Shown piece after piece: positions 9,737-19,594 of a DNA stretch of 64,000 bases (positions are counted from its first letter, which is position 1; each line of letters starts with the position of its first letter). Source of the stretch: a virus; IMG/VR virus record IMGVR_UViG_3300027963_005443; one strand, 5' to 3'. The notes under the pieces were generated by a model. The model was not told the origin of the DNA. It worked only from the letters and a program-made list of their open reading frames with translations, and did no database searches. A program made the position numbers and the translations under genes.

Positions 9737-10378
9737 CTAGACCTCTAAATTCCCATCTAGTATTTTCACAGATATACCTTCTTTTTCTGCTGGATATTTG
9801 CGGGTCCACTCAACAACCTGTGTTTCTGGATTCATTTTAGTCACCTTAAACTCAAACAAATAATCACCTGGGAGTGAGGTGTCGGAATCCAGCCAATCAT
9901 AAACCAAGTAACTCTCTGAGAGAGAGGTTTCTTCTTCCCCTTGCATATTCAAACTTGTTGAATTCACAAGCTCTTTGGTCGCAGGAGAATTGATAAACTT
10001 TATTATCTTTATAACTGTACCCTTTTTCCAATTTAATGCATCTGTACCGAGTTGAGCCCTATCTACAGTTATCGTATTATTGTAACTATCGACAGCAGTT
10101 ACAACCAAAGTCTCATAAGAGTTAGATGTTTTGAGAAGAAGATTAGTGCCGACCGAGACAGTTTCAAATCCAATATTGTTTGCAAATAGTATTTCTTGAT
10201 TAACTGTATCTAAATCTTTTTTTAGTTTGGCGTTAGACCACATGCTAGCCTCTATTGTATAGTCCTCTGTTAGGTCTATAGGGCTGGAGTCGCAGTCAAA
10301 TATCTTGTATCTCAAGGAAGGACTTGTGTCATTCCTTTTAATTAAAAACTCGTAATTGTTGTTATTGTTGCAGGCCAT
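9737..10378 (-). CDS. Probable structural (baseplate/BppU-N-like) protein
   Basis: FLIKRNDTSPSL start and YDWLDSDTSLPGDYLFEFKVT...YP end resemble phage BppU-like beta-sandwich proteins. Confidence 0.5.
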   Translation of the reverse strand: MACNNNNNYEFLIKRNDTSPSLRYKIFDCDSSPIDLTEDYTIEASMWSNAKLKKDLDTVNQEILFANNIGFETVSVGTNLLLKTSNSYETLVVTAVDSYNNTITVDRAQLGTDALNWKKGTVIKIIKFINSPATKELVNSTSLNMQGEEETSLSESYLVYDWLDSDTSLPGDYLFEFKVTKMNPETQVVEWTRKYPAEKEGISVKILDGNLEV

Positions 10379-10393
10379 ATTATATATATAACT

Positions 10394-10720
10394 TTACTTA
10401 ATTATATATCTACATTGTTTCTTGTCAAGGGCTAATTTTCCACTATCCAATTTTGTTAAAAGTTCTAAATCCATATCTTTTTTTGCCTTATCATAAAGAT
10501 AAATTAAATCATTATACCTTTCGGTAAGATCATTTAACCATCTTTTTTGGCACCTGAATCCCGTGTGATCGCAAAAATTCTCAGAATCCCCAAAAAATAT
10601 CAAATATTTAATAAAAGTATTTTGAATACTTGTGGTAAAATATTTTAAAAGAAATCTTTTTTCTTTAGGTATTTCTAATTCTAAAAATCTCATTCCTAAA
10701 AATAAGCAATCATATTCCAA
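10394..10720 (-). CDS. Hypothetical protein
   Basis: 108 aa ORF, TTG start overlapping the upstream stop. Confidence 0.55.
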   Translation of the reverse strand: MEYDCLFLGMRFLELEIPKEKRFLLKYFTTSIQNTFIKYLIFFGDSENFCDHTGFRCQKRWLNDLTERYNDLIYLYDKAKKDMDLELLTKLDSGKLALDKKQCRYIIK

Positions 10721-11198
10721 AATCTATTCCCTCGCAAAATTCCAAATAAAGAATAATCATGCCTCCAGCAAATTGCTGTGGGATACCAAACTCATATAAG
10801 CTTTTAAGAGTCTCATTAACAAGTTTGATTTCCTGAGTAACATCGCCTGTCTTTTTTGCAAAAGACAAGTCTTCTTCTGTGATCTTAATATAGTTGTTTA
10901 GTGTTAAATAAATTCTTTTTACAGAATCTATTATATTTGTATTTAAAACAATAGAAATCCTTTTTTCACAGCTCAGGAGATCTGGGCTGATGTGTTTTCC
11001 ACATTTAGTTTTTTTATCACTAAAAAACTTACTAACATAATGAGCTGCAAGATAATTGGCATCTAGTAAGAAATCACTAGGATTCCTTATATCATGGCTT
11101 TCTAAGACATCACAGGCTTGATTTGCTTCAAATTCAATAGGTGATTCATAATCGTAATCATCATACTCTTCACTAAAATCTACAATAGATTCTTTCAT
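10710..11198 (-). CDS. Hypothetical protein
   Basis: 162 aa ORF. Confidence 0.6.
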   Translation of the reverse strand: MKESIVDFSEEYDDYDYESPIEFEANQACDVLESHDIRNPSDFLLDANYLAAHYVSKFFSDKKTKCGKHISPDLLSCEKRISIVLNTNIIDSVKRIYLTLNNYIKITEEDLSFAKKTGDVTQEIKLVNETLKSLYEFGIPQQFAGGMIILYLEFCEGIDFGI

Positions 11199-11228
11199 AC
11201 TTTCCCTATATACATTAGAGGTAACAAA

Positions 11229-11702
11229 ATGAAAACATTAACGTCTATTTTAATGGTCCTAGTCCTTTTTTCCGGTTGTGCTAACTTTAATCCAAAATCC
11301 AGAATAAATAATAGCAATGGAAAAATAAACGATATAAACAACAATCAAAACGGGATGATGTTGGAGCTTGGCAAGCTTAAACAAGATGCAGAAATTTTAA
11401 ACAGCAAGTTAAAAGAAGTGCAAAATGGCCTCCTAAACTTAAACATGGCGATATCAAGAAATGAGAACACAGGAATACAAGTCTTACAGGGAGATGGATC
11501 TCTTTTTTTAGTATTTAGTTGCATTGCTTTAGTGTGCATGTTTTATTTCAAAAATAGAGATAACGAAGACACCATGAAACTTCTGGCTGAGAAAATAATG
11601 GAAAGCCAAGATGAAAATCTACAGGAGTCTGTTGTCGACGCAGCAATAGAAAAAAATAAAGGTGAAAAAGTATTAAGCTTGCTAAAAAAAGCAAAAAAGT
11701 AA
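11229..11702 (+). CDS. Lipoprotein with coiled coil and C-proximal transmembrane helix (spanin-like topology)
   Basis: Lipobox LFSG|C at residue 17, heptad-like segment, hydrophobic SLFLVFSCIALVCMFYF. Confidence 0.55.
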   Translation: MKTLTSILMVLVLFSGCANFNPKSRINNSNGKINDINNNQNGMMLELGKLKQDAEILNSKLKEVQNGLLNLNMAISRNENTGIQVLQGDGSLFLVFSCIALVCMFYFKNRDNEDTMKLLAEKIMESQDENLQESVVDAAIEKNKGEKVLSLLKKAKK

Positions 11703-11703
11703 T

Positions 11704-11952
11704 TTAAAACTTCCTTGAAAAACTAATACCACCGCAGTTGTCGCCCAAAGGCAAATCAAAAGAATTTAAATCTTTATCTTTTTTGTTACAATAGTTAGCA
11801 AACTCTTTTACTTGATTATCTATTATAATTTTTTTGGAAGTGTTTTTTAAACAAAAATACACATCTTCCTTTGTGTCAGAAGACAAATACCTACATCTCC
11901 TAGATCCGCCACTCTTCAAACAAATTTGATCTATTTGATTTTTGTTTAACAT
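11704..11952 (-). CDS. Hypothetical Cys-containing protein
   Basis: 82 aa ORF. Confidence 0.5.
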   Translation of the reverse strand: MLNKNQIDQICLKSGGSRRCRYLSSDTKEDVYFCLKNTSKKIIIDNQVKEFANYCNKKDKDLNSFDLPLGDNCGGISFSRKF

Positions 11953-12011
11953 AATTATCCCCCAATAGATTTCAAGAATATATCAGGAGATATAATTGTG
12001 TCAAGAGAAAA

Positions 12012-12254
12012 TCATAGAAATCTCTCATTATTCTTTTTCTCTAGATTTCTGCGATATGCGTCACTTTCTTTTTTCTTTCTTCTTCTCTTCTGACCTGGGG
12101 TTTCATGAAACTCCCGCATCTTTAATTCCTGTAGAACGCCGCTATCGGAGACGCCTTTTTTAAATATACTCAAACATTTCCTAAAGACATCGTCTTTTTC
12201 CCTTTGCGAGAGGCTGTGGTAGTAAGCTTCATCACGAATCACATTTATCTTCAT
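12012..12254 (-). CDS. rpsU: Ribosomal protein bS21
   Basis: FRKCLSIFKKGVSDSGVLQELKMREFHETPGQKRRRKKKE matches the bS21 pattern. Confidence 0.85.
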   Translation of the reverse strand: MKINVIRDEAYYHSLSQREKDDVFRKCLSIFKKGVSDSGVLQELKMREFHETPGQKRRRKKKESDAYRRNLEKKNNERFL

Positions 12255-12287
12255 TTTAATTTTCCTTGTGGGTTAAAACTAATATAG

Positions 12288-13436
12288 TTAATCGAACGAA
12301 TTTATTTTCACGAAACGGGTGCCAAGCCTTTTATTCTTAAACTCTCTTACAGCCGAGTAATTAGCGCTAATTTCAATTTCTTCAGTTGTTGGCCATGATT
12401 CTCTATCCGAGTATGGGACAAGATTGAGAAGACTGTTTTTAATATATAAAAACATCTCGTTCTTCCAGTAACTCCTAGAACCAGATATCAGAGAACTCAT
12501 AAAGGTGTAAACAAAGAGGTTGGGAATTTTATCGTTTTTAGTAAAGTCATCTAATTCATACTCTTTGGTATAATAATATTTATTTCTTTCTTCTATTACC
12601 AAAGATGGAACTCTTGCGGCCTTTGCAAGTCTTGAAATACCATTAAATATGTCTAGAACACAACCGGTTGTCCTAATGGCAGATAAAACTTTAAAAATAT
12701 CATATTCATTTAAAAACAAGCAGTCTTCACCATTTTTAAGATCTTCGGTTAAATTAAAAGAAAGATTATGATTCCATACAACTGGAAAGAAGTTATTCTC
12801 TCTGAGAAACTTTATCAATTCTACATAAAATTCTTTATTAACGCTTGCCTTATAACACCTGCCGTTCCTCCAAGAATCAACATAAATTGCAGGATGTATA
12901 AAAATTTTATAACCAGAGGACTGATTTATAATCTTTAAGAAATCTTTTCCCAATACTGCTGAACTAGGCACCATTGGATAAAATATATTAAAGTTTTTAC
13001 CAAAGTTTTTATAATAATTATTTGTAAAACCGTTATTATAAAATTGATTAAATATTTGAGAATCTAATACATTTCTAAAATTCTCATTTAGATTCCTTAG
13101 AATATTATTGAAATTAGTAGATTTATTATGAAACTCATCTGAGCTTTCATAAAGTTTTTTAAAATTAGCAAAATCAGATAATGTCCAAAATTCGTCTACA
13201 TAAGGGAAAAGCTGAGAAAACCCTGGGTATGAGCAGGCGATCACATACTTAGAACTCTTGAATTTATTTAAATAATTTTTAAGAATAAAAGAAGATAATA
13301 TGTGAGAATATTTAAAATCATTAAAGAATGGAACTAATAATAAATCGTCTAAGTCTGTGGGGACGTTAGAATCATCAAATTTTTCTCTTTTGAAACCTAT
13401 CTTCTCAGAAGTTCTATTCAAAAAATCAATTACCAT
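12288..13436 (-). CDS. GT9 (heptosyltransferase)-like glycosyltransferase
   Basis: IFIHPA and CVLDIFNGISRLAKAARVPSLVI resemble the GT9 C-terminal nucleotide-sugar motif. Confidence 0.6.
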   Translation of the reverse strand: MVIDFLNRTSEKIGFKREKFDDSNVPTDLDDLLLVPFFNDFKYSHILSSFILKNYLNKFKSSKYVIACSYPGFSQLFPYVDEFWTLSDFANFKKLYESSDEFHNKSTNFNNILRNLNENFRNVLDSQIFNQFYNNGFTNNYYKNFGKNFNIFYPMVPSSAVLGKDFLKIINQSSGYKIFIHPAIYVDSWRNGRCYKASVNKEFYVELIKFLRENNFFPVVWNHNLSFNLTEDLKNGEDCLFLNEYDIFKVLSAIRTTGCVLDIFNGISRLAKAARVPSLVIEERNKYYYTKEYELDDFTKNDKIPNLFVYTFMSSLISGSRSYWKNEMFLYIKNSLLNLVPYSDRESWPTTEEIEISANYSAVREFKNKRLGTRFVKINSFD

Positions 13437-14545
13437 TTAGATAAACCCTTTTTATTTATCATAGAATACAATAATCTTTTATTTTTTGCAAGAGACATAT
13501 TATAACTCCAATCATCATTCAACATCTCATCTATTGATTTAGATACGGCATCTAAAGAAGCTTCTTGGTTCTCTAAAAAATCCAGATAATGAGAAATTAA
13601 TATTTTCTTTTTATTCCAATTTGTTGTTGCGGCAATCCTATGTCCTTCTTGTCCCGCTCCTGCTATTTGATCTGGGGATTCGACTAGCAAGAAAGGGGTC
13701 TTTACAATAGAAGATAATCTTGTGGAGGCAGTCCAAAATTGAATAGAAAAATTAACGCAAGACAAAACAGATAAAGTAAAATTCAAATCATTTACTTCGG
13801 GTCTATTTGAAAAATCAAGACAGTCATCCATGCCCAGAGAAGAAACATTTTCCCCAAGATAAATTGGAAAAAGGCCCCTTTTTTTTAAAAGTTTATTGAG
13901 CTTGATGTAAAATTCCCTGGGCAGATTTCTCCCATAGGTTTTTCTGTTTCTGGCGAAAACTGCAACGCTATTTTCCGGGATGCTTGATTTCAATTTTGGA
14001 TCTATAGATGGAGGAGGTATTGGCACCACCCTCTCTCTGTCAATGTTGTTTAGAAAAGGAAACCAAAAACTATCGTTACCACATTTAACGCACTTACTTG
14101 ATTCTAAAGTAGGAGTCAAACATTCCTTACAATTTTTTGAAACTAAAAAATTACCTAAGCTGGCTCCCTTAAAGACAAAATAACCGTAATCAGAAATCTT
14201 ATCTTCTAACTTAGATAAGTTTTTAGAATTATGAATGCAGGCGTTACTATAGTCTTTAAGCCAATAATGGCGTTTATCCAATTCCCAAAATTCATCAACA
14301 AGATGTTTATAGAAATATCTTCTGCCGCTCCATCCAAAAACTATACTATAGTAATCTTTAAATTTTTCTAAAACTCTTGGTATGCTATAATTGCAATTTA
14401 GAGTTTCTACACCCAATTCACAAAAATTAGTTATAACTAAAGTTTCTTTTGGGTCTTTTCTTTGTTTAGTAGAGAATTTTTCTCTACTAATATAGAAATC
14501 TTCCACCCAAGGTTCTTTAAGTGAGCCGCACGGGAAGAAGTGCAT
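13430..14545 (-). CDS. GT9-like glycosyltransferase (paralog of the adjacent gene)
   Basis: VAVFARNRK, IYLGE, FSIQFWTASTRLSSIVKTPFLLV. Confidence 0.6.
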   Translation of the reverse strand: MHFFPCGSLKEPWVEDFYISREKFSTKQRKDPKETLVITNFCELGVETLNCNYSIPRVLEKFKDYYSIVFGWSGRRYFYKHLVDEFWELDKRHYWLKDYSNACIHNSKNLSKLEDKISDYGYFVFKGASLGNFLVSKNCKECLTPTLESSKCVKCGNDSFWFPFLNNIDRERVVPIPPPSIDPKLKSSIPENSVAVFARNRKTYGRNLPREFYIKLNKLLKKRGLFPIYLGENVSSLGMDDCLDFSNRPEVNDLNFTLSVLSCVNFSIQFWTASTRLSSIVKTPFLLVESPDQIAGAGQEGHRIAATTNWNKKKILISHYLDFLENQEASLDAVSKSIDEMLNDDWSYNMSLAKNKRLLYSMINKKGLSKW

Positions 14546-14566
14546 AGAAGTCTAAACCCGGGAGGA

Positions 14567-15193
14567 TTATGGCTCGCTCTTGAAACGGCGATTACCCATA
14601 GAATCGCTGACTTTATCTATCATAGATAGAACCTTCTCTATCTCTTTGGAGGCCGCATCAGTTTTTTGATCTAAAGTTTCCTTAGAAGTCAAAGAAACTT
14701 GAAGTTCATGTAACTTCTTCTTAAGCTCAATAAGACTCTCTAATTCCTCTCCACTGCTCCAGCCGTTAGTGACCTTAAGTTTTGAATCCTTGCCAGTACT
14801 CATATAATCTACTGGATTCTGGGATTTATTCATTTTCTTGGTCTTTTCAATCAGATCGGCCATATCTTCGACGGGATCAGAGCTTTTTACAGTAGAAAGC
14901 TCGGGATTCTTTAAACTCTTAAACATATCAACTACCTCAGGAGCTGATTCTTTTTTCTCTTCTGTCAAGAGAGATTCAGACTCAGAGTAATTGACAACAT
15001 TGTTCCAATAATCAACATCACTGGACTCTAGTTCCGCTTCGGCGTCGGAGTCGCTTATATTAGTTTGGCCAAAGAAATTTGCAGCACCTTTGTCTTTAGC
15101 CTCTGGTTTGGGGGCGTCTTTAGAGCCGAAAACTCCGTCTGCTAAAGCTTTGTCCCACTGCTGTGTCCATTTGTCGAATTGGTCGTCTATCAT
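14567..15193 (-). CDS. Hypothetical protein
   Basis: 208 aa ORF with TATATA at 15201-15206 upstream. Confidence 0.65.
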   Translation of the reverse strand: MIDDQFDKWTQQWDKALADGVFGSKDAPKPEAKDKGAANFFGQTNISDSDAEAELESSDVDYWNNVVNYSESESLLTEEKKESAPEVVDMFKSLKNPELSTVKSSDPVEDMADLIEKTKKMNKSQNPVDYMSTGKDSKLKVTNGWSSGEELESLIELKKKLHELQVSLTSKETLDQKTDAASKEIEKVLSMIDKVSDSMGNRRFKSEP

Positions 15194-15217
15194 AATAACT
15201 TATATAGTATTCGAATC

Positions 15218-15625
15218 TTATTTTTTTTCTAAAAAATTGTTTTTAATCGAGATAGCTGTCCAGTGAGGATCGTTTTCAGGGAGATATTCTGGTTTGGTGA
15301 AATAAAATGCTTCATATGTGTATTCATATTCTTTCTTTTCAACTTCCTCCAGGCTAAGTCCATTTAATAAATCATTAGATATATTCTTTAAAACTCTGAT
15401 TGCGTCTTCTTCTATGGCTCCGCCTAACTTTCGCATAACTTTTAATGCAGACACAGAATCATTATGCATCAATAAATTCATTAAATCTTTTTTCATAACT
15501 CCGTCAACAAGAAAAGCTTTTGCCCTGTATCTCGCCAGGATCTCATCTTTACCAGGTTTATTATTTTTGATTTCTTTGAAATATTTAAAGAAATTTGTTT
15601 CATCGATTATAAGTTCGTCTGACAT
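15218..15625 (-). CDS. Hypothetical protein
   Basis: 135 aa ORF overlapping the dnaE-C stop. Confidence 0.6.
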   Translation of the reverse strand: MSDELIIDETNFFKYFKEIKNNKPGKDEILARYRAKAFLVDGVMKKDLMNLLMHNDSVSALKVMRKLGGAIEEDAIRVLKNISNDLLNGLSLEEVEKKEYEYTYEAFYFTKPEYLPENDPHWTAISIKNNFLEKK

Positions 15626-18225
15626 TTTTCTATTTCCTTTTCTTGTTCAATGGTAGTATCATCAGTTATATTATTAGGTTTTCTCAATAATACCAATCTA
15701 TAGTCATCGCTCTTTTCAATCTGTTTCTTTTTGTAAAAATTTCTTGGTCCAATTGAAGAGAGTGTATATGTTTTAAAACCGTTAGATGGTGCATTTAATC
15801 TCATTCTAACAAAGTTACCTGCAACTATCTCATTCTGGAAAGAATTATAGTCATCTTTCCAAACATTAATAACACCTTCGTCGCCATTTTCGTCTTCAGC
15901 CTTTATTTGATAATATTCTGCTCTCTTACCTTTTCTTTTATTAACTGCTATTATCTCGATCTCTACCGGAAGGATCTCGTTGACACCCTCAGTAAAAGAA
16001 TCAAAAGTGCAACCACCTTGATAATCAAGACTGTTGCGAATCTTCGAAGTCCAAGAAAACCCGTAATATCTCTTCTCGCATTCAGCAAGAGATTCGAGAA
16101 GTTCTTTTTCTAGTTTATTATCAATTGTTATTGATAAAGGATCAAAAGATTCTAAGTCTGGTTTGTCTTGATTGTCCTTGAGCTTAAATTTCTCAGTAGC
16201 TTTAGTCATCTTGTTTATTAGTTTGCAAACTTCTTTCCATAGATCTTTACCGTCTATTTTCAATCCCTTGTATCTTTCTTTCCATATTTCACAATTGCTA
16301 ACTTTTTTTAGATCCTTAGAATCTATAGGATCTATTTCACCTTTAGCAAGTTTTTTGATAGTCTCACTAGAATTTTCTGCCCTGTCTATTAAGTCCATCA
16401 AAACTTCTTTATTCTTCTTACTCGATGCTTGATGTCTTTTCTTTCTATCAATTTTCTTCTTTGTATAATCTTTGTAAGCCTCAGCAAATTTAAATAGTGT
16501 AACTGGGTCTGAGTCTTTGAAAGATCCTGTTGATATGAGAGGCTTCAATACGCTTGAATCAGTTCCAAACCTATCTATAAAATCTTCAAAATTAGCATAA
16601 GGTTGCTTTTCAACTATCTGTTCGGCAACATTTATCCCTATGCCTTTAACATTTGAAAAGCCAAAATATATTTCATCATCAACAAGACTAAAATTTGCCT
16701 TGGATTTATTTATATCAATCTTATTGATCTTTATATTGTGCTTTATTATTTCTTTTCTATACTCTTTGATTTTATCAGTATTGTCTTCACACATCAAAAT
16801 AGCAGTATAAAACTCATGTGGATAGTGTGATTTTAAATATAGAAGTCTTGCAGATATATGAGTATATGCGCAGGCGTGGGATTTGTTAAAACCATATTCG
16901 CTAAAAGAAATAAGCTGATTAAACAGTTCTTCGGATTCTTCTTCTGTGCAAGATAGATTCTTTTTTCCATTTTTAATAAATACTTCTTTGTACTTTATGA
17001 ACTGTTCTACTTTTTTCTTACTAATTGCTTTTCGAACAGTTTCGACATCCCTCATTGGGATATCTCCAATTATATGTAATATTTTCATCACCTGTTCTTG
17101 ATATATGATAACGCCATAGGTGCTATTTAATATTTCATCAAGCATAGGATGTAAATTATACTCTTCTCTGCCTCTTTTTCTTTCAATATATCTCTCGTGC
17201 ATTTTCATATTTAACGGACCTGGCCTGTATAAAGCCGAGTAAGCCACTAAATCTTCAAATCTTGTAACACCACCAGATTTGGCGAGATTTCTAATTCCAT
17301 CTGAGTCGAACTGGAAGATACACTTAAGATCTCCTTCGTCTGCCATTATCAATGCTTTTTCATCATTCCTATATTGATCAATATCGGTCCAATTTGATTT
17401 GCCATGAAGAGCGCATATTTTTTCTATTCCATGCCGCTCATATATAAGCCTGCAACAGTGAGCTATTTGTAAAAGATTGCTAATAACCAACAAATCAAAT
17501 TTAACAAGACCCACAGGCTGTAGGTCTTGACCGTGAAGACCTTCTACCCAAGCACTAGCTTGGGGGTCATCTTTCCTTTTAACAAGAGGAACAAGATCTG
17601 TAAGTGGTATGCTGCTGATAATAAGACCTCCAGCATGAACTCCCATGCCTCTATTTCGATCAATTAATTTATGGGCAGCCTTGGCAACATCAGGATTATC
17701 ATCACAATATTTCTTGAGACCGGGATCAACCTTCATTGCAGACTCCCAAGTCAAAGCTTTACCTTCATCATCCTTGGTTTGAAGCTTGGTAGTTAAAGCA
17801 AGCAATTCTCCTCTATCTTTATCATGAACTCTAGCCATATCTATTAGAGACGATTTAATACCATATGTTGTGTAGTTGCCAATATTACAAACATATTGCT
17901 CACCAAATGTTTTGGGGGCCCATTCATTCTTTAAAAAATCACGCACTGCTGGAAGGTAGTCGGTATCCACGTCAGGCGAATCTCCATAGAAAAATTCGGG
18001 ATCTTGATCTATGTTGAAATCTTTAACTATATCCAAAAGATATGGAACCAAAAGATTATTTTGATTTTCAGGGTATTTTATGCCTCTATTATAAAGATCA
18101 ATAAAATAATTCTCTTTATTTTGAATCTCTGTCTCGAGTAGTTCCCAATTGAGCCTTTTCAGATAAATAGGGTCGCTCAAACCCTTTTGACTTAATTTTT
18201 CTACACAGATTTCCCTGAGATTCAT
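15607..18225 (-). CDS. dnaE: DNA polymerase III alpha, C-terminal (catalytic/fingers/HhH/OB) part of a split DnaE
   Basis: PDVDTDY, HAGGLII, KFDLL, FQFDS, ALYRPGP, YQEQVM, YGFNKSHA, GIKGIG-like HhH motifs. Confidence 0.92.
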   Translation of the reverse strand: MNLREICVEKLSQKGLSDPIYLKRLNWELLETEIQNKENYFIDLYNRGIKYPENQNNLLVPYLLDIVKDFNIDQDPEFFYGDSPDVDTDYLPAVRDFLKNEWAPKTFGEQYVCNIGNYTTYGIKSSLIDMARVHDKDRGELLALTTKLQTKDDEGKALTWESAMKVDPGLKKYCDDNPDVAKAAHKLIDRNRGMGVHAGGLIISSIPLTDLVPLVKRKDDPQASAWVEGLHGQDLQPVGLVKFDLLVISNLLQIAHCCRLIYERHGIEKICALHGKSNWTDIDQYRNDEKALIMADEGDLKCIFQFDSDGIRNLAKSGGVTRFEDLVAYSALYRPGPLNMKMHERYIERKRGREEYNLHPMLDEILNSTYGVIIYQEQVMKILHIIGDIPMRDVETVRKAISKKKVEQFIKYKEVFIKNGKKNLSCTEEESEELFNQLISFSEYGFNKSHACAYTHISARLLYLKSHYPHEFYTAILMCEDNTDKIKEYRKEIIKHNIKINKIDINKSKANFSLVDDEIYFGFSNVKGIGINVAEQIVEKQPYANFEDFIDRFGTDSSVLKPLISTGSFKDSDPVTLFKFAEAYKDYTKKKIDRKKRHQASSKKNKEVLMDLIDRAENSSETIKKLAKGEIDPIDSKDLKKVSNCEIWKERYKGLKIDGKDLWKEVCKLINKMTKATEKFKLKDNQDKPDLESFDPLSITIDNKLEKELLESLAECEKRYYGFSWTSKIRNSLDYQGGCTFDSFTEGVNEILPVEIEIIAVNKRKGKRAEYYQIKAEDENGDEGVINVWKDDYNSFQNEIVAGNFVRMRLNAPSNGFKTYTLSSIGPRNFYKKKQIEKSDDYRLVLLRKPNNITDDTTIEQEKEIEKCQTNL

Positions 18226-18270
18226 GTTTTTTCCAAGAATAATATAACTAGTTGTGCATAAATAAATTAT

Positions 18271-18444
18271 ATGAAAAAGAACAAATCAGTCCTGCTGGGA
18301 GTCTGTGCTGACTTGGGTGACAAAACAGATATAAATCCAAATTGGATACGTATTGGATTTGTTGCTTCTTTTTTATTTTTTGGGATAGGACCACTAATTT
18401 ATATCATAATGTGGATTTTAATGCAACTTAGAAAAGGGAGATGA
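18271..18444 (+). CDS. PspC-domain membrane protein (57 aa, below the ORF-track cutoff)
   Basis: Manual translation MKKNKSVLLGVCADLGDKTDINPNWIRIGFVASFLFFGIGPLIYIIMWILMQLRKGR matches the PspC pattern; its stop overlaps the next ATG. Confidence 0.8.
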   Translation: MKKNKSVLLGVCADLGDKTDINPNWIRIGFVASFLFFGIGPLIYIIMWILMQLRKGR

Positions 18445-19433
18445 TCATGGCATTCAAAAAGTTTAATGAGTATTTAAATGAAAAGGGTAAAGTGGAAGAA
18501 AATCCACCAAAGATGACCAGTAAAAAAATAAAGGCAAAGAAAAACAAGAATGCTCTTGGACATCATGGAAACAAAAAATTAGTCTATGAACCAAAAACAG
18601 AACCTCTACAAAATAAGTCGCCAGAATGGCACAAAGAAAAAGAAGATGGCCCAAATCTTCCAAAACCAAGCAAACCAACAAAAGTTGGGCCAACAAGCCA
18701 AGTATCAAAGGTATCGGAGTGGATACATAAAACAAAAGGAATGTCCTTATCTGAATTTGCAAAAAATATTCATGAAGAAAAAAATGTCGAAATAGATTAT
18801 AGCAAGATTAAAAGTGTCCAGGATCTACTTGCAGTTGCAGTATCTGCAATGAAAAATAATCCAAAACTTATTGAGAACGTTGTAAGAGAAATAAAGAGAT
18901 CCAAACTATCAGAAGCGGTTCTCGTTGAAATGCTTAAAGACAAAAATCTACAAGAGAGTGTCGCAGGTCCAATAGGTTTTGAAAAACTTTATGACGACGA
19001 ACCAGAATCAGAAGATGAAGTCGATTCAGAAGATGCTTCTGACGAGATGGAGGGCGATGATGAAGAATATAGTGATGATTCAGAGGATTCGGAAGATTCA
19101 GAGGATGGAGAAGAGTATATCAGTGATGACTCAGAAGACTCCGAAGAAGAAGATGACTCAGATGATTACGAAGATTCAGATAATTATGATGACTCAGAAG
19201 ATTCGGATTCAGAAGAGTCCGATGATTCAGAGGAAGAATCAGAAGAAGAATCAGAAGAAGATTATGAAGATTCTGAGGAAGGTGAATCAGAAGACGAAGA
19301 ATCAGAAGATGAGGATGAGGATTCAGATAGCTACGATGACTCAGATGAGTCCGAAGAAGATTACGGTGGGGATGAAGAAGAATCAGATGAAGACGAGGAT
19401 TACTTTGGAAAATTCGGTAAATACAATCGCTAA
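18441..19433 (+). CDS. Protein with capsid-targeting-like N-terminus and long Asp/Glu/Ser-rich tail
   Basis: MAFKKFNEYLNE (likely start 18447); about 140 residues of D/E/S low complexity at the C-terminus. Confidence 0.8.
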   Translation: MIMAFKKFNEYLNEKGKVEENPPKMTSKKIKAKKNKNALGHHGNKKLVYEPKTEPLQNKSPEWHKEKEDGPNLPKPSKPTKVGPTSQVSKVSEWIHKTKGMSLSEFAKNIHEEKNVEIDYSKIKSVQDLLAVAVSAMKNNPKLIENVVREIKRSKLSEAVLVEMLKDKNLQESVAGPIGFEKLYDDEPESEDEVDSEDASDEMEGDDEEYSDDSEDSEDSEDGEEYISDDSEDSEEEDDSDDYEDSDNYDDSEDSDSEESDDSEEESEEESEEDYEDSEEGESEDEESEDEDEDSDSYDDSDESEEDYGGDEEESDEDEDYFGKFGKYNR

Positions 19434-19450
19434 ATCTTCAATATAAAAAT

Positions 19451-19490
19451 AAAAATCACACCCTTGCTTAAACATGGGTGTGATTTTTTT
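19451..19490. terminator. Bidirectional rho-independent terminator
   Basis: AAAAATCACACCC-12nt-GGGTGTGATTTTTTT between convergent genes. Confidence 0.75.
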
Positions 19491-19594
19491 CACCCTCTAC
19501 TGTCATCACTAAATCTTTTGGTAAACTATTAATAAGAATTGCATAGTCTAGGCCAAAAGCAACAGCAAGTTCATAGAACATAATAAAACCTTTA

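Noticed and set aside
18979-19446. Met/Gln/Lys-rich ORF, and Ser-rich 43246..43899
   Set aside because: Frame-shift or antisense shadows of D/E low-complexity coding regions.
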